Assembly (NCBI GenBank): GCA_045837725.1
Contig: JBEWZL010000287.1
Location: forward strand, 124,001 to 186,358
Length of the DNA: 62,358 nucleotides
Reading direction: 5' to 3'
DNA from: Vermamoeba vermiformis
Taxonomy: Eukaryota
Shown: positions 13,202-23,899 of the stretch, piece after piece
Layout of the letters: every line of letters begins with the position of its first letter
Numbering within the stretch: the first letter of the stretch is position 1
Translations under genes and position numbers: made by a program
Notes under the pieces: model-generated
The model's input: only the letters and a program-made list of their open reading frames with translations
Told to the model about the DNA's origin: nothing
Databases searched by the model: none

Positions 13202-13773
13202 GCTAAACTACGAAGTTGAAACGAGATGAAATAGATACGAGATGCAAGCCTCCCTTCGACGCTTCAGCAGCGGGCTTTCGATGGATTAGAGTACATAGAC
13301 ACGAGCTCAGGCGAGTTTACGCTATTAGAAGCAAATTCAGGGCCGCCAACCGATTTCGAAAGCCTCTAAGCTTTGTGAACCACTTACGAGTCCCCGGAGT
13401 GCTATTTACGGCGTGTAAAATAATTACGAAATCAGCAATCGTAATCAAAGCAGTACCTCTGCAAGCTACGTCAGCGCTAACCGGCAGCCTATCACGACTA
13501 ACGAGATATTCGGAAATTGCTCGCGCTCGCGCAATTCCCTAATTTTACAAGTCGCGCAACTCCTGTGTCGCGACATCATAAATAAACAAACCTTTACGCA
13601 AAACTACGAGTGCTCACGAACCACAATTTCAATTCCTCGAGCAAACTTTCGAAAAACAGTTACTCTCGTCACTCGATCTGACGCATGACATCCGCAAGAC
13701 GAGAACACGAAACCGACTTGTTTATGAACCTGATTAGCGGCATACTTATAAGCAACGCACGGTGAGTCTATTG

Positions 13774-13792
13774 CAGATTCTCCTTGCCTTTT
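13774..13792 (+). repeat. Target-site duplication, left copy
   Basis: CAGATTCTCCTTGCCTTTT identical to 20440-20458 (last 4 T overlap the A-tail). Confidence 0.92.
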
Positions 13793-16700
13793 TTTTTTGT
13801 TTTGAAATTCCTCACACTGCTAACTAGTCTCGCTATTTTATTTCTAGCGATATGACTAGTCCCACGCAGGACTTTATTAAGATTCGTTTCAAATACAATA
13901 TTTACAGGTTTAAAATATGTATATATCGGGTCCAATCCCTATTTCTCGGCTACTTCTAACTTTGTTCATCGATCTCATTTTCTCCATCCTGACGCCCCTA
14001 CTTTCCACTCGTCCCACTAATCATGGTTTTAACGAATGTTGCTTGCCCCACCTCAAGCATCTATTCGGGGGTTATTTCATCAGGTTTTGGATTTCGATCT
14101 TTGAATTTTGGTCAGTCGCATCCGGTAATCTAGTTATTTTTCCCGTTCTGATAATATTAAAATTAAAATTCGTTAAAATATAGTTGCTCGATTGCCTTTC
14201 TTTGCTCTTCTTCCTCTTGTTCAATATTGTTGAATTGTTCTTCGAGCTTTCTGGCCTTCTGTTCTACGTGCGTAAGTCCTTTCTCGACTATGATCTTGTT
14301 CCTTTCATTCCATATTTGATTGAATGATTGAATAATGATATTATTAATTCTCTTCGCTTTCCTTAATGTAATGACTCTCTCCAGGTGGATCGGTATTGCT
14401 CCGCGACAAGCTAATTGCTCAGGGAAGAAGCGGTTCTCTTGTGTTGGTGCGAGCCATAGATATCTGTTATTTGGTATGTTCATTTCATCCTTAATTTGTT
14501 GCTTCAGTTCTTCTCTTATTTCATGGTACTTTTCGCATCGTAGCATCACGTGTTCTTGATCTTCGTCTTCTTTTCCACACGCCGGGCATAATCTCGAGTC
14601 GTATAATTCTGCGCATCTTGTTGACAATAGGCTCATTGTTGGCAGTGCTTTGGCGTTGCATTGAATGGCGAAGTTCAGTCTGTCTTGATTCCTTCCGGTA
14701 CTAAAGAAAGACGGAATTTTCCATACTTGTTCGCTTGTTGCTGTTCTTATCGATGCTATTGTTGCTTCTTTCTTCATGCGTTGGTTTTGGCTATCTATTC
14801 GGATTATTTTGGAGATATTGCCTTCGAATAACTCGTTCTTAATTAGCGGGATATACATTGGTAAGTGTTTCCAGTTGATTGGGGCCCGTTGTTCTCGTTC
14901 ATTCGTTTCTTTTGCCGCTTTATCTGCCTTCTCGTTGAGTTTCGAAAGTTCGTCTTGGTTTCCTGTGTGCGCTTTAATATGTCTTAGTGATACGTTTACC
15001 TGGTCCATGATCTCTACGATTCTTCGTATAATTGATGCGTTGTCATTCTTATTGATTATTTTCTCTTTTCTCGTTCTCCGGTATTTTTCGATGATTTGTA
15101 GAGTCGTTTTTGAGTCCGATATAATATTGATGTTCCTGTTATTGATTAGGTTCTTTTCTAGGCATATTTGGATTCCGTATGCCTCTGCTCTTGCAATTGA
15201 CTGTTGTTCGGGCACTCGGTGTTTGTACGTGGCTTTATCTGAGACCACTGCCGTGGTTGCAATTTCACCTCGTTTAGATCCGTCCGTTGCCCATATCAGG
15301 TTGTTTAACGGTACGTTGTGTTGCATTCGTTCGGTGTATCGTTCTAATCTAGCATGCGCTGTTTCATAGACTTGGTTGAATATTGGTAGTATTGCTCGTT
15401 GTCGATCTATTGGTAGTTTGAATGTTGTTTCGTAGTGGTAGTTTATGGGACGGCAGGTAATTAGATCGTATATTGGAGCGTGTTCTCTTCCATTTCGTTT
15501 GAATAAACTGCATATTTTCTTCATTTTTTCGTTCTTCCTGCCCTTGAGTTCGGTTTCAAGGGTTTTCTCTTGCTCTTTTGTTAGTTTGATTTCGTTGAAG
15601 TATTCTTCGATCGTTAAATCCTCTATCTCCTTTGTCGGGGCCTTGTTGATGAAGATTTTTATGTCTAATTCGTGCAGTGTTTTGATTGCGTTAACTATAT
15701 TTGGTGGATATTTCTTTGATTTGTTATCGTTCCGTATATTTCTTCCGTTTAATACTTGTGTTTTATAGTCTTTATTCATATCCGTTATTGTGTTCTCGGT
15801 CGTTAATCGTACGAAAATATTCTTGTTATTTAAGCACTTCATGAGGTTACTTACCATCCTTCCTTTATTAATTGCCTCGAGGTCTTCGATATGATGCGCA
15901 AATAGTTTCTTGTCGAGGAAATACATCGATGTTGCGATGCGGTAGGCGTTCGTTGGATCTGCTTTGTTCTTAATCGCTCTAATTATTTCCTTGTTGAAAG
16001 ATTTGCTGTACGGTACCAGATCCGCTGAAAATCTGTATATACTAATGGTGTCCGAGTTAATCAGGTTCAGCTTTGTTTCGGCTGGTATGTTATGTTTCGT
16101 TATTCGCTTCATGCTATTTTTCATTGCGTATTTCATTATTCTTTCATGTTCGCTCCAGTTAACGTATTTGTCTATGTGATATCCCAAGAAGCGCATTGTG
16201 TTACTCGGTTTGATTTCTGTCTGGTCAACGTTGATTACGTCATCGTTGTTATTATTGAAGGCCATATAGCTGCTTTTGTGTGGTGATAATTTCATTTGAT
16301 ACGCGTCCAGGAATTGTACTAGCTCGTTAGTCATTGTTTGTAGTTCTTCGTTTGATCGTGCGATGAAATTCGAGTCATCTATCCATTGTAGTCCTGGTAT
16401 GTGTATATTATTTACCTCGTATCCCCTTTGCTTCGATATCATCCAGCGCGTAAACATATCCATGAAAAGGACAAATTTGAGCACGCTGAAAGGGTCTCCT
16501 TGTGGTATTCCTTTGTTGAAGATAATATCTCGTGAGTGTCCGTATACTGTTCGCACTTTGTTAATTAGTTTGTCTTGCATGAAGATAATTGTTTCTATCA
16601 TCTTATTTGGTAATCCTAGAGAGCGGAATGTGTCGATGACGGCTTCGTTTGGTTCGTTGTCGTACGCTCCAGAAATATCGTGGCATCCGATGTGCAGTTC

Positions 16701-19700
16701 ATCCTGCTGTCTATGAGCTTTCTTAATGATGTTAATTATCACTTGGGTTGCTTCTCCGCAACTCGTATTTGTAATTCCTCCAAATTGACATGGTGTTATG
16801 AATTGTATTTGTTGGTTCATTATGCTAATTCGTTCTGCGATCACTCCTGTAATTACTTTGTATGCTATTTCCAAGAGCGTAATCGGTCGGTAATTTTTTG
16901 GTGAATATTGGTTATCTCGTTTGTAAATTAATACGATTTCCGCGCTCTTGAAATTTTTAGGTGATAATTTTTCATTAACGATAGCGTTTAAAATATTCGT
17001 GTATAATTCAATTCCTTCCTTGGGTAATATTTTAATCATTTCGTACGTTACCTCGTCAATACCGCTGGCCTTTCCGTTTGGTCTTTCTCTAATATGATTT
17101 ATCAATTCGTCGACCGTTATGTCAGCTTCCAGTTTTTGGTTACTATTATATTGTGCTATTTGTGCTCTTGTTTCCTTCCAAATATCATCGTGTAACCATG
17201 GTTTTGTTACGTTCCTGGGTTGTATGTTTTGACGCTGTTGTTCGAAATAGTTTGCTATCGATTCTTTTACGTTGTCGGGGTTTGTTATTAATTCTCCATC
17301 ATTTGTAGTTATAGCTCTCAATTGGACGTTCTGGGCTCTATTGAGAATTGATCTAATTTTCGATGAGTTGGCATGCCCTTCGTTCTTGATCAAGTCTTGC
17401 CATTCTTTCGTTCGTTGTTCTCGGAATGCTTTGATTTCTTTATTCAGTTTCTTATTGGTTCGATTCTTCTTATTAGTTAGCTCCTTCAAGTATATGTCGA
17501 TATCGGCGTGATTTATGTCTCCTGGTTTGAGTTCGGCGATATCTTCCGTCAACTCGTTTGGTTCGAAAATCTTTCTATCTTCATTTGTTATATTAATCGG
17601 ATTTGTCGCTTGTATGAATTTCATTCTTTTGATCGCCCTGTTGATCCAGCTAATTCTTCCTATTAGCCGTCCTCCTTTCGAGTCGTACGGGAAGGTTCTG
17701 GTTGTCTTCTTGATACTTCTTTTTGTCTGTGCGTAGATACGCTTCGCCGTTGTCGTTATAATTTCGTTAAATTGTTCGTAGAGGTGCTCGCCTTTGTCTT
17801 TCTTGTCCGTTTTAAATTCTTCGATCGTTTCCTCGTTTTGGTAGCACCAGTTACTGATCATTCTTTGGTATTCGTGTAATTTCTTTTTGTCTCTTCTATC
17901 AATTTTGATTCGTTCTTTGAATTGTTGCGCTTCTACGTTTCCTGTAATTAACTTGGGGGAGATTGTTAGTACTACCGGTAGGTGGTCCGCGATCTCGACA
18001 TTAATTGTTTTGCACGTGACCACTCCGTCCCGGAAATTAGTTAATATGTAGTCTAGTTTACTTGCGTAGTTCTTTCTCATGAAGGTGGCTCGTTCTTTAA
18101 TATTGTCGTTTTCATCATGTTCTTCTAACTGACATTTGTCCCGAAAAAGCTGCATATGTTTGATTTTATGGTGTGTATTATGCGTGGCGTCTTTTTTGCT
18201 GATTAAGTTATTGAAATCGCCACCAATGATGATTCGATTTTCGTTTTCTTTGACAATCTTCGTAATTTGATTCAGGAATTGCGGTTGTTCTCTCTGGTCT
18301 GCTGGTCCATATACTCCAATTATTCGTATTCTTTCGTTTTCTTGTGTAACGACAGATAACTCGCAATATCTTCCTTCTGTTATTTCGTTTTCATCGGTGT
18401 TCTTTGGATCAACCGTGATTATGCTTGGCTTTGTTAGTATTGCTACTCCTCCTCGTGCGCTATTTGGTCTTTTTCTTATTCGTTTTGATTTCGCACTTAT
18501 GCTTCGCCATTCGTAGCCTGGTATATTTATTGGAGTGACTGTGCCGTGGATCCGTCTAATTTTGTGTTCTGTTAGTATTATTATATCGGGCTCATAATCC
18601 TGTATCCACCGTACGAGCTTATTTATTATTATTAGAGACGATAGACACATTACGTTCACTGCCGAGATCGTTATGTGTTTTTCCTCTAACGCGTTGGTAT
18701 TACTCGCTTGTACCTGGGATATTAATAGGAACAAGGTCATTATAATTGTCGTACGGGGATACAGGGAAGGCTTATTTATTGACGATGCTACACGGGGTTG
18801 TTTGCTTTGTTTATCTTCTCCTTCGTCGTCTTCGCGCGTTCTTTTCTTGGTTGTTCGTTGATCCGGATTGATTGACAATGTCTCCATTACTTTGTTGATT
18901 TTGTCGTCAAGCTTTTTCTGCATTTCTTCTCTTGCTCGCTCTTTCTCTTGCTCGATCTCGGATCGTTTTTGATCTCTTTCAATTTGACTTGTCATTAGCG
19001 TCATTAGCTGATTGAATCTTTCGTCATTACTCTTGTCTCTCTCGGCTTGAATTGCAATCTGCTTTTCTTGGATTGCTAATAAACGGTCGGTTTGTTCAAT
19101 CGATCTTCTCACCGTTTCGATAAGAAGGTTAGTTGTCGTTCTAAATTCGTTGACTATCTCCATTCCAGTATTGGTTTCTTTTGACTTCAATTGAATTTGA
19201 TCTGGTTGTCTTTCCATTGATTCGTTGTAGTCGATCGTGTTTTGAATTTTCACATTTGTGTCGTTGATCTGCTTTAATTGTCTTTTGATTTTATCGCTTT
19301 CCTCTGCTGTGAATGTTCCAATATAAATCAATCCTTTGCTTTTGTCGAAATCGAGGTAAGCTGGTTTAATTCCCGTCTTGTTCTGAATTTCTTGGATTAC
19401 GCTGTTTTCGTCTTGCGTTGCTGTAATCTTTCTCGGAACATTGGAGATCGTTATTTCCGTGTATGACTTCGGTATTCTCTTTCCTGTCATGTAGAATTCT
19501 ATTTCTAGTCCGTTCTCCTTGATCTCGAGGTTCTTGATTTGCTGAGCGAAAAACTTTCTGGTCGTATTGACTACTCCCCAGAATTGATTATTGCTTTTTC
19601 CTGGGAATACTAGCACTTTGCTTTTGCTAATTAGTTGATCGGTTTGCTCTTCAATTCCTTTGATGATGATGTTTCGGATTTGATCTCTGTCTTCCTTATT

Positions 19701-20439
19701 GAAACCATGGTTACCACTCGTTCGTAGTAAGACAGTTCTAGCAACGTCTCGATCTCCATAATCAGCTCGGTAGTCGATTTCCATGTGAGCCACCTCTCTG
19801 TTAGCGATTTTGTCCGCTTCATCCGGATTGAGGTTGATGAAGACGTAGTCCATTTCTGCATTTCCTTTTGATTCAGGTTTTTGCACGTTATTAATCTTGA
19901 CTTTGAGAGCTTTCTCTAAGTGTTCGCGGATCGCCGTCGAGGATTTCTTCATGACATCTGCTGTGACACCTTTCACTGTTAAGTGCGCGCCTTCAAGTTT
20001 CGCTTCGGTGATTGGAATTGCTTCTGGTATGTTCGTTATTCGTTGCTCTTCCTCTTCCTTCTGTTTCGCTGCGTACGTTTGAAGACAGTCTGTAAAGTAT
20101 CGGATCTTCATCGCAGTTTCACTGGACAGCGTTGTTTCCCATTTGAAACCTTCTTGTTCGGTGTCCATGATCACCATTGAGAAGGCAATGTCGTTCTTGT
20201 TCTCGTTCTTTGCTGAAATGTCGGTGATCTTCAGAACAATAAAGTTTTCGGGTTTGTCTCGGATCTTCTGTTCTTCGAGGTCATCGATAATAATAGCTTT
20301 GTTCTTAATTGTTATTTCTAGGTTCTCTAATTGCGTTATAATGTTCTCCTCCTGATCGAGGTCCATTTGGCTGGTCATTTCGGTTTTAATAAAATATAGA
20401 TAAATTGATTTGTGGTGCCCAACACATGACTGAAACACC
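13789..20439 (-). mobile_element. Full-length non-LTR retrotransposon (LINE; APE-RT-RNase H type)
   Basis: Flanked by direct repeat CAGATTCTCCTTGCCTTTT; short A-tail (T run 13789-13798 on +); intronless 6.2 kb ORF with LINE domains. Confidence 0.95.
14163..20378 (-). CDS. Retrotransposon polyprotein, 2071 aa: ORF1-like region, APE endonuclease, RT, RNase H, CCHC finger
   Basis: APE: LTEHK, VYGP, GGDFN, KLDYIL, DHLP. RT: KASGIDEV, YRPITLL, QFGG, DISGAYD, GIPQGDPFS, WIDD, FLGY. RNase H: TDGS, AEAY, SDS, HIKAHTG..NEKADKAA. CPAC..EDQEHVMLRC. First ATG inside the TSD is 20378. Confidence 0.95.
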   Translation of the reverse strand: MTSQMDLDQEENIITQLENLEITIKNKAIIIDDLEEQKIRDKPENFIVLKITDISAKNENKNDIAFSMVIMDTEQEGFKWETTLSSETAMKIRYFTDCLQTYAAKQKEEEEQRITNIPEAIPITEAKLEGAHLTVKGVTADVMKKSSTAIREHLEKALKVKINNVQKPESKGNAEMDYVFINLNPDEADKIANREVAHMEIDYRADYGDRDVARTVLLRTSGNHGFNKEDRDQIRNIIIKGIEEQTDQLISKSKVLVFPGKSNNQFWGVVNTTRKFFAQQIKNLEIKENGLEIEFYMTGKRIPKSYTEITISNVPRKITATQDENSVIQEIQNKTGIKPAYLDFDKSKGLIYIGTFTAEESDKIKRQLKQINDTNVKIQNTIDYNESMERQPDQIQLKSKETNTGMEIVNEFRTTTNLLIETVRRSIEQTDRLLAIQEKQIAIQAERDKSNDERFNQLMTLMTSQIERDQKRSEIEQEKERAREEMQKKLDDKINKVMETLSINPDQRTTKKRTREDDEGEDKQSKQPRVASSINKPSLYPRTTIIMTLFLLISQVQASNTNALEEKHITISAVNVMCLSSLIIINKLVRWIQDYEPDIIILTEHKIRRIHGTVTPINIPGYEWRSISAKSKRIRKRPNSARGGVAILTKPSIITVDPKNTDENEITEGRYCELSVVTQENERIRIIGVYGPADQREQPQFLNQITKIVKENENRIIIGGDFNNLISKKDATHNTHHKIKHMQLFRDKCQLEEHDENDNIKERATFMRKNYASKLDYILTNFRDGVVTCKTINVEIADHLPVVLTISPKLITGNVEAQQFKERIKIDRRDKKKLHEYQRMISNWCYQNEETIEEFKTDKKDKGEHLYEQFNEIITTTAKRIYAQTKRSIKKTTRTFPYDSKGGRLIGRISWINRAIKRMKFIQATNPINITNEDRKIFEPNELTEDIAELKPGDINHADIDIYLKELTNKKNRTNKKLNKEIKAFREQRTKEWQDLIKNEGHANSSKIRSILNRAQNVQLRAITTNDGELITNPDNVKESIANYFEQQRQNIQPRNVTKPWLHDDIWKETRAQIAQYNSNQKLEADITVDELINHIRERPNGKASGIDEVTYEMIKILPKEGIELYTNILNAIVNEKLSPKNFKSAEIVLIYKRDNQYSPKNYRPITLLEIAYKVITGVIAERISIMNQQIQFITPCQFGGITNTSCGEATQVIINIIKKAHRQQDELHIGCHDISGAYDNEPNEAVIDTFRSLGLPNKMIETIIFMQDKLINKVRTVYGHSRDIIFNKGIPQGDPFSVLKFVLFMDMFTRWMISKQRGYEVNNIHIPGLQWIDDSNFIARSNEELQTMTNELVQFLDAYQMKLSPHKSSYMAFNNNNDDVINVDQTEIKPSNTMRFLGYHIDKYVNWSEHERIMKYAMKNSMKRITKHNIPAETKLNLINSDTISIYRFSADLVPYSKSFNKEIIRAIKNKADPTNAYRIATSMYFLDKKLFAHHIEDLEAINKGRMVSNLMKCLNNKNIFVRLTTENTITDMNKDYKTQVLNGRNIRNDNKSKKYPPNIVNAIKTLHELDIKIFINKAPTKEIEDLTIEEYFNEIKLTKEQEKTLETELKGRKNEKMKKICSLFKRNGREHAPIYDLITCRPINYHYETTFKLPIDRQRAILPIFNQVYETAHARLERYTERMQHNVPLNNLIWATDGSKRGEIATTAVVSDKATYKHRVPEQQSIARAEAYGIQICLEKNLINNRNINIISDSKTTLQIIEKYRRTRKEKIINKNDNASIIRRIVEIMDQVNVSLRHIKAHTGNQDELSKLNEKADKAAKETNEREQRAPINWKHLPMYIPLIKNELFEGNISKIIRIDSQNQRMKKEATIASIRTATSEQVWKIPSFFSTGRNQDRLNFAIQCNAKALPTMSLLSTRCAELYDSRLCPACGKEDEDQEHVMLRCEKYHEIREELKQQIKDEMNIPNNRYLWLAPTQENRFFPEQLACRGAIPIHLERVITLRKAKRINNIIIQSFNQIWNERNKIIVEKGLTHVEQKARKLEEQFNNIEQEEEEQRKAIEQLYFNEF

Positions 20440-20458
20440 CAGATTCTCCTTGCCTTTT
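20440..20458 (+). repeat. Target-site duplication, right copy
   Basis: CAGATTCTCCTTGCCTTTT identical to 13774-13792. Confidence 0.92.
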
Positions 20459-20594
20459 CAAAAATCTCGGAGCGAGCTTCAAACTTTGACCACCAAATTT
20501 TCAACAATGTTTTGGTCGTCAAAAAAAATACCAACTTGCCCTTGACAAAAATTTGTAAGTCAATTTCACTATTCACGTACATATAATATCAATC

Positions 20595-21836
20595 ATGGAA
20601 GTTCTTAACGCACCTGGCCAAATCAATACTGCCGCTGATCCCAAACAACACAGATTTGAGGCTTACGTTAATAACGGAGGGTAAGGCGAGCATTGACCAA
20701 AATCGAAAATAATTGTTAATTAATTATTAGAACCGTATTGGCAATTGCTGGCAGCAATTTCGCTGTTGTCGCTGGAGATACGAGAATGAGCACTGGCTAT
20801 GCTATTCACACTAGATATGCTCCAAAGACTTTCCAATTGTAAGAATATATTATTATAGGATATATAACATTTTTTTGGTCATTTTATAATTGCAATAATG
20901 TCAATATGGAGATTATGACGAAAAATTTTGCATCGACTAAAAATTTTTCATTTATTTACATACTCTCAAAATCTATAATTTCTTCGTGCAATATTATTTA
21001 GGCACACGTAGTATACTCATATGATAATAATCAGTACTTTCTAGTGCAATATAATTTAATAAATTTGTGACAATAATAATAATTAGATGCGTCAATCCCT
21101 ATAGTTTGGTATTAATTCCTCGTTAGAACGAACAAAGCCGTTATTGCTACATCTGGTATGCAAGCCGATCAAAAAGCTCTTCACAAATTATTGGCCACCA
21201 GAATCAAGAGCTACGAATACGTGCACCGCAAGAAAATGAGCACTCCTGCCATCGCTCAAATGCTCGCCAATACTTTGTACTATAAGAGATTTTTCCCTTA
21301 CTACACTTTTAACGTGTTGGGCGGTATTGATGAACAAGGTAAATTTCCGTTTTGAATGGGCGAATGTGCGTGTCACACTCGTTCTTCATAATACTTGAAA
21401 TGAATATTCATATAATGCATGGTGTTCTAACTGGCAATCTTAGGCAAGGGATGTGTATATTCATATGATGCTGTCGGTTCTTACGAAAGAGTCGCTTACT
21501 CAACATCCGGATCTGGAGCTGAATTAATCCAACCTTTGCTCGATAACCAAGTAAGTCTATCAGCTATCCTATTATATACTTACACATATAATGATATATA
21601 TATGTGCGCGGTTAGGATTAGGCAACTAACTGTTTCTTTTCAATTGTAAGGTTGCGCGTAGAAACCAAAAGCTCGACGGACCCATCACTTTGACATTGCA
21701 AGAAACCATTGAACTCGTCAAGGACGCCTTGAGCTCGGCTGCTGAAAGAGATATTTACACTGGAGACTTTGCTGAGATTTACATCATCACTCAAGAGGGC
21801 ATCCGAAAGGAGGACTTTGAGTTGAAGCACGATTAA
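20595..21836 (+). CDS. PSMB1: 20S proteasome beta subunit type 1 (yeast Pre7/beta6), 5 exons
   Basis: [17 protein letters not shown]...AGDTRMS...[41 protein letters not shown]...QPLLDNQ...[10 protein letters not shown]. Confidence 0.95.
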
Positions 21837-22197
21837 AGCTGCTCGAACTCTTAATAACACAGGACTCGCCTAGCGTAGGTTGTTATCGAAGTGTTATGCT
21901 ATTGACTATTAATATAGCTCGGTAGTGTTGCGCCTTCAATACCAACTACGCATCCGAATCCTTTTTGTAGATCGTGCAATCCAATCAATAAAGTGTACAT
22001 ACTTAAAACTTAAGCTGCTGGTTTTTACAGCAAGTTGTCATTTTGACAATAAGTAGGTGCAAAGTGCATCCAGGGTAAACTTAAAAAATCGGCGCACAAG
22101 TAGCCGTTGTCATTGATTTTTTGCTCCTCACTTGAAAACACAATCTTGCATTGTGAGGATTTGTACATTTATAATATATAGCATATATCATCGTTAA

Positions 22198-23549
22198 ATG
22201 GACGGCTATCAACTAGGCTCCAATTTTGAAAGCCTGCAACAAGAATTATTCGATCAGGTAAAAAATAAGCATTATTAAGCTAATAAAAATCATTTAAATA
22301 TACGAAATAATTTTTAGCATTAGTTTTCCTGATTATTAGTTATTTTTGTAATTGTATGCGAAGATGCACTGATATTTGTCACTCATCTGATAACAGTTTT
22401 ACCCTCTCTAATATTAGCATCTATAATAATAAATAATGGGATTTACATATTAATTTGTAAAATTTGAAGGCCATGCGAGAAGCCCAGATCTTGGGTTTGA
22501 ATTTTCAGGAGATGGAGAGGCGAGAACAAATTGCCAAGCAAAAATTTAGAGAAGTGATCGAAGAATATTTGGAAACTATTTATAAGCTTCACGGTACGAC
22601 GTTTGACATTTTAAATTTTATCGCGGGCATTTTGGATTCACCCGCTAAATATGCTACAGTTGAGTTTAATCAATAATTTATCGTGTATCAATACTATTGT
22701 TGTTTGTAGCTATAATTGTCGATGTATTACTGATTTGCTAGACAGTTGAGTACTGGATCTCCTTACTGATGTTATTTATATTGTAGAGGAAAAGAGCTTG
22801 CAAGAAGCAGCTGACAAAGAACGCATTAATGAACTGGAAGTCGAGAATAGACGCTTGAAGGCATACGAAGACAGTGTTGGCGAAATTCAACTCAAATTTT
22901 ATGAACTCAAATATTTATTGGAGAACGAGCGAAAGGTGATAACATACCTCTAATGTTCTTAATATTATAACATATATGCTAAATATTACGATTTTAGAAT
23001 TCTGAGAAACTTACTGCTGACTATAATGCCGTACAACGTGAGCTGGCCGAAACTAAGGCAAAGTACGCACTCTTGCCGAGATACTCGTGTCTATTATAGG
23101 ACACTATTAATATAATAATAATTATAGATATAACGCGTTGAAGCAACATTCACAAGAGAAACTCGACGAGGTTCATAATATGTTAGTCAAACAAAAAGAA
23201 CAGTTCCAAAACGATACCACAGTACTAAAGTAAGTATTTGTCGCTACGATTAGGCCTTATAGCACAAGGCTCGTATTATCGCTACCCTAGCTATTTGATG
23301 GTCAAATTTCAGTTTTTTGACGAACAAAATTTCCAGTACGCGAACACTCGTAATAACAACCTACTTATTAGGGCTAAGGCAGTTCGATCTGATGCCAACA
23401 ACCAAGCATTGAAGCAATCTCTTGAAGCTAAAGAAAAAGAAAATAAGAACTTGATGGATATTTGCCAACAGCTGTTATCGAAGGCTGAAGGACGAGCAAC
23501 AAACGTCGAATTAGATACTATTAAGCAATTGCTCAGCTCGCACTTTTAG
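22198..23549 (+). CDS. TACC-domain coiled-coil protein (multi-exon)
   Basis: Coiled-coil exons, RYNALKQHSQEKLDE, and C-terminal ALKQSLEAKEKENKNLMDICQQLLSK resembling the end of the TACC domain. Confidence 0.7.
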
Positions 23550-23899
23550 ATGGAGTTAGTTGCACCAGCCCCACTGTTTTTGTAATGTTTATTTAAATTG
23601 AAATTAACCCCACGATAGCTAGCGAAACGCGTTGCATCCATCGAGAGCACTCCAAGCGAGTAATAATCATCTATTATGCAACATAATGAAGCTTGTATCG
23701 ACAGTTGCTTATGTATGATGGAGAACCAGGCAGGCATGTATGGCAAAATGTGAGTGGAAGATCGAAATCTGGTTTCGCGCACCCTCGCATGAATTAGCTA
23801 TTGATGATGACAATCTATATACGTCAAGTGAGGTTCTTGCTTTCTACAAGCGTAGTTTGTTCGCGTATTTACAGGTTTATTGGATCTCGTACATGAGGA

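Noticed and set aside
13774-13792. LINE target resembling the U2 snRNA 5' end (..GCCTTTT)
   Set aside because: The empty site lacks the following GGCTAAGATCAAGTGTAGTA; not U2
14335-20355. Many short plus-strand ORFs inside the retrotransposon
   Set aside because: Antisense shadows of an A-rich ORF; F/S/L/I-rich, with no domains
20379-20582. N-terminal 68 aa of the 2139-aa ORF in the supplied track
   Set aside because: Extends across the 5' UTR and TSD into host DNA; the first ATG inside the element is 20378
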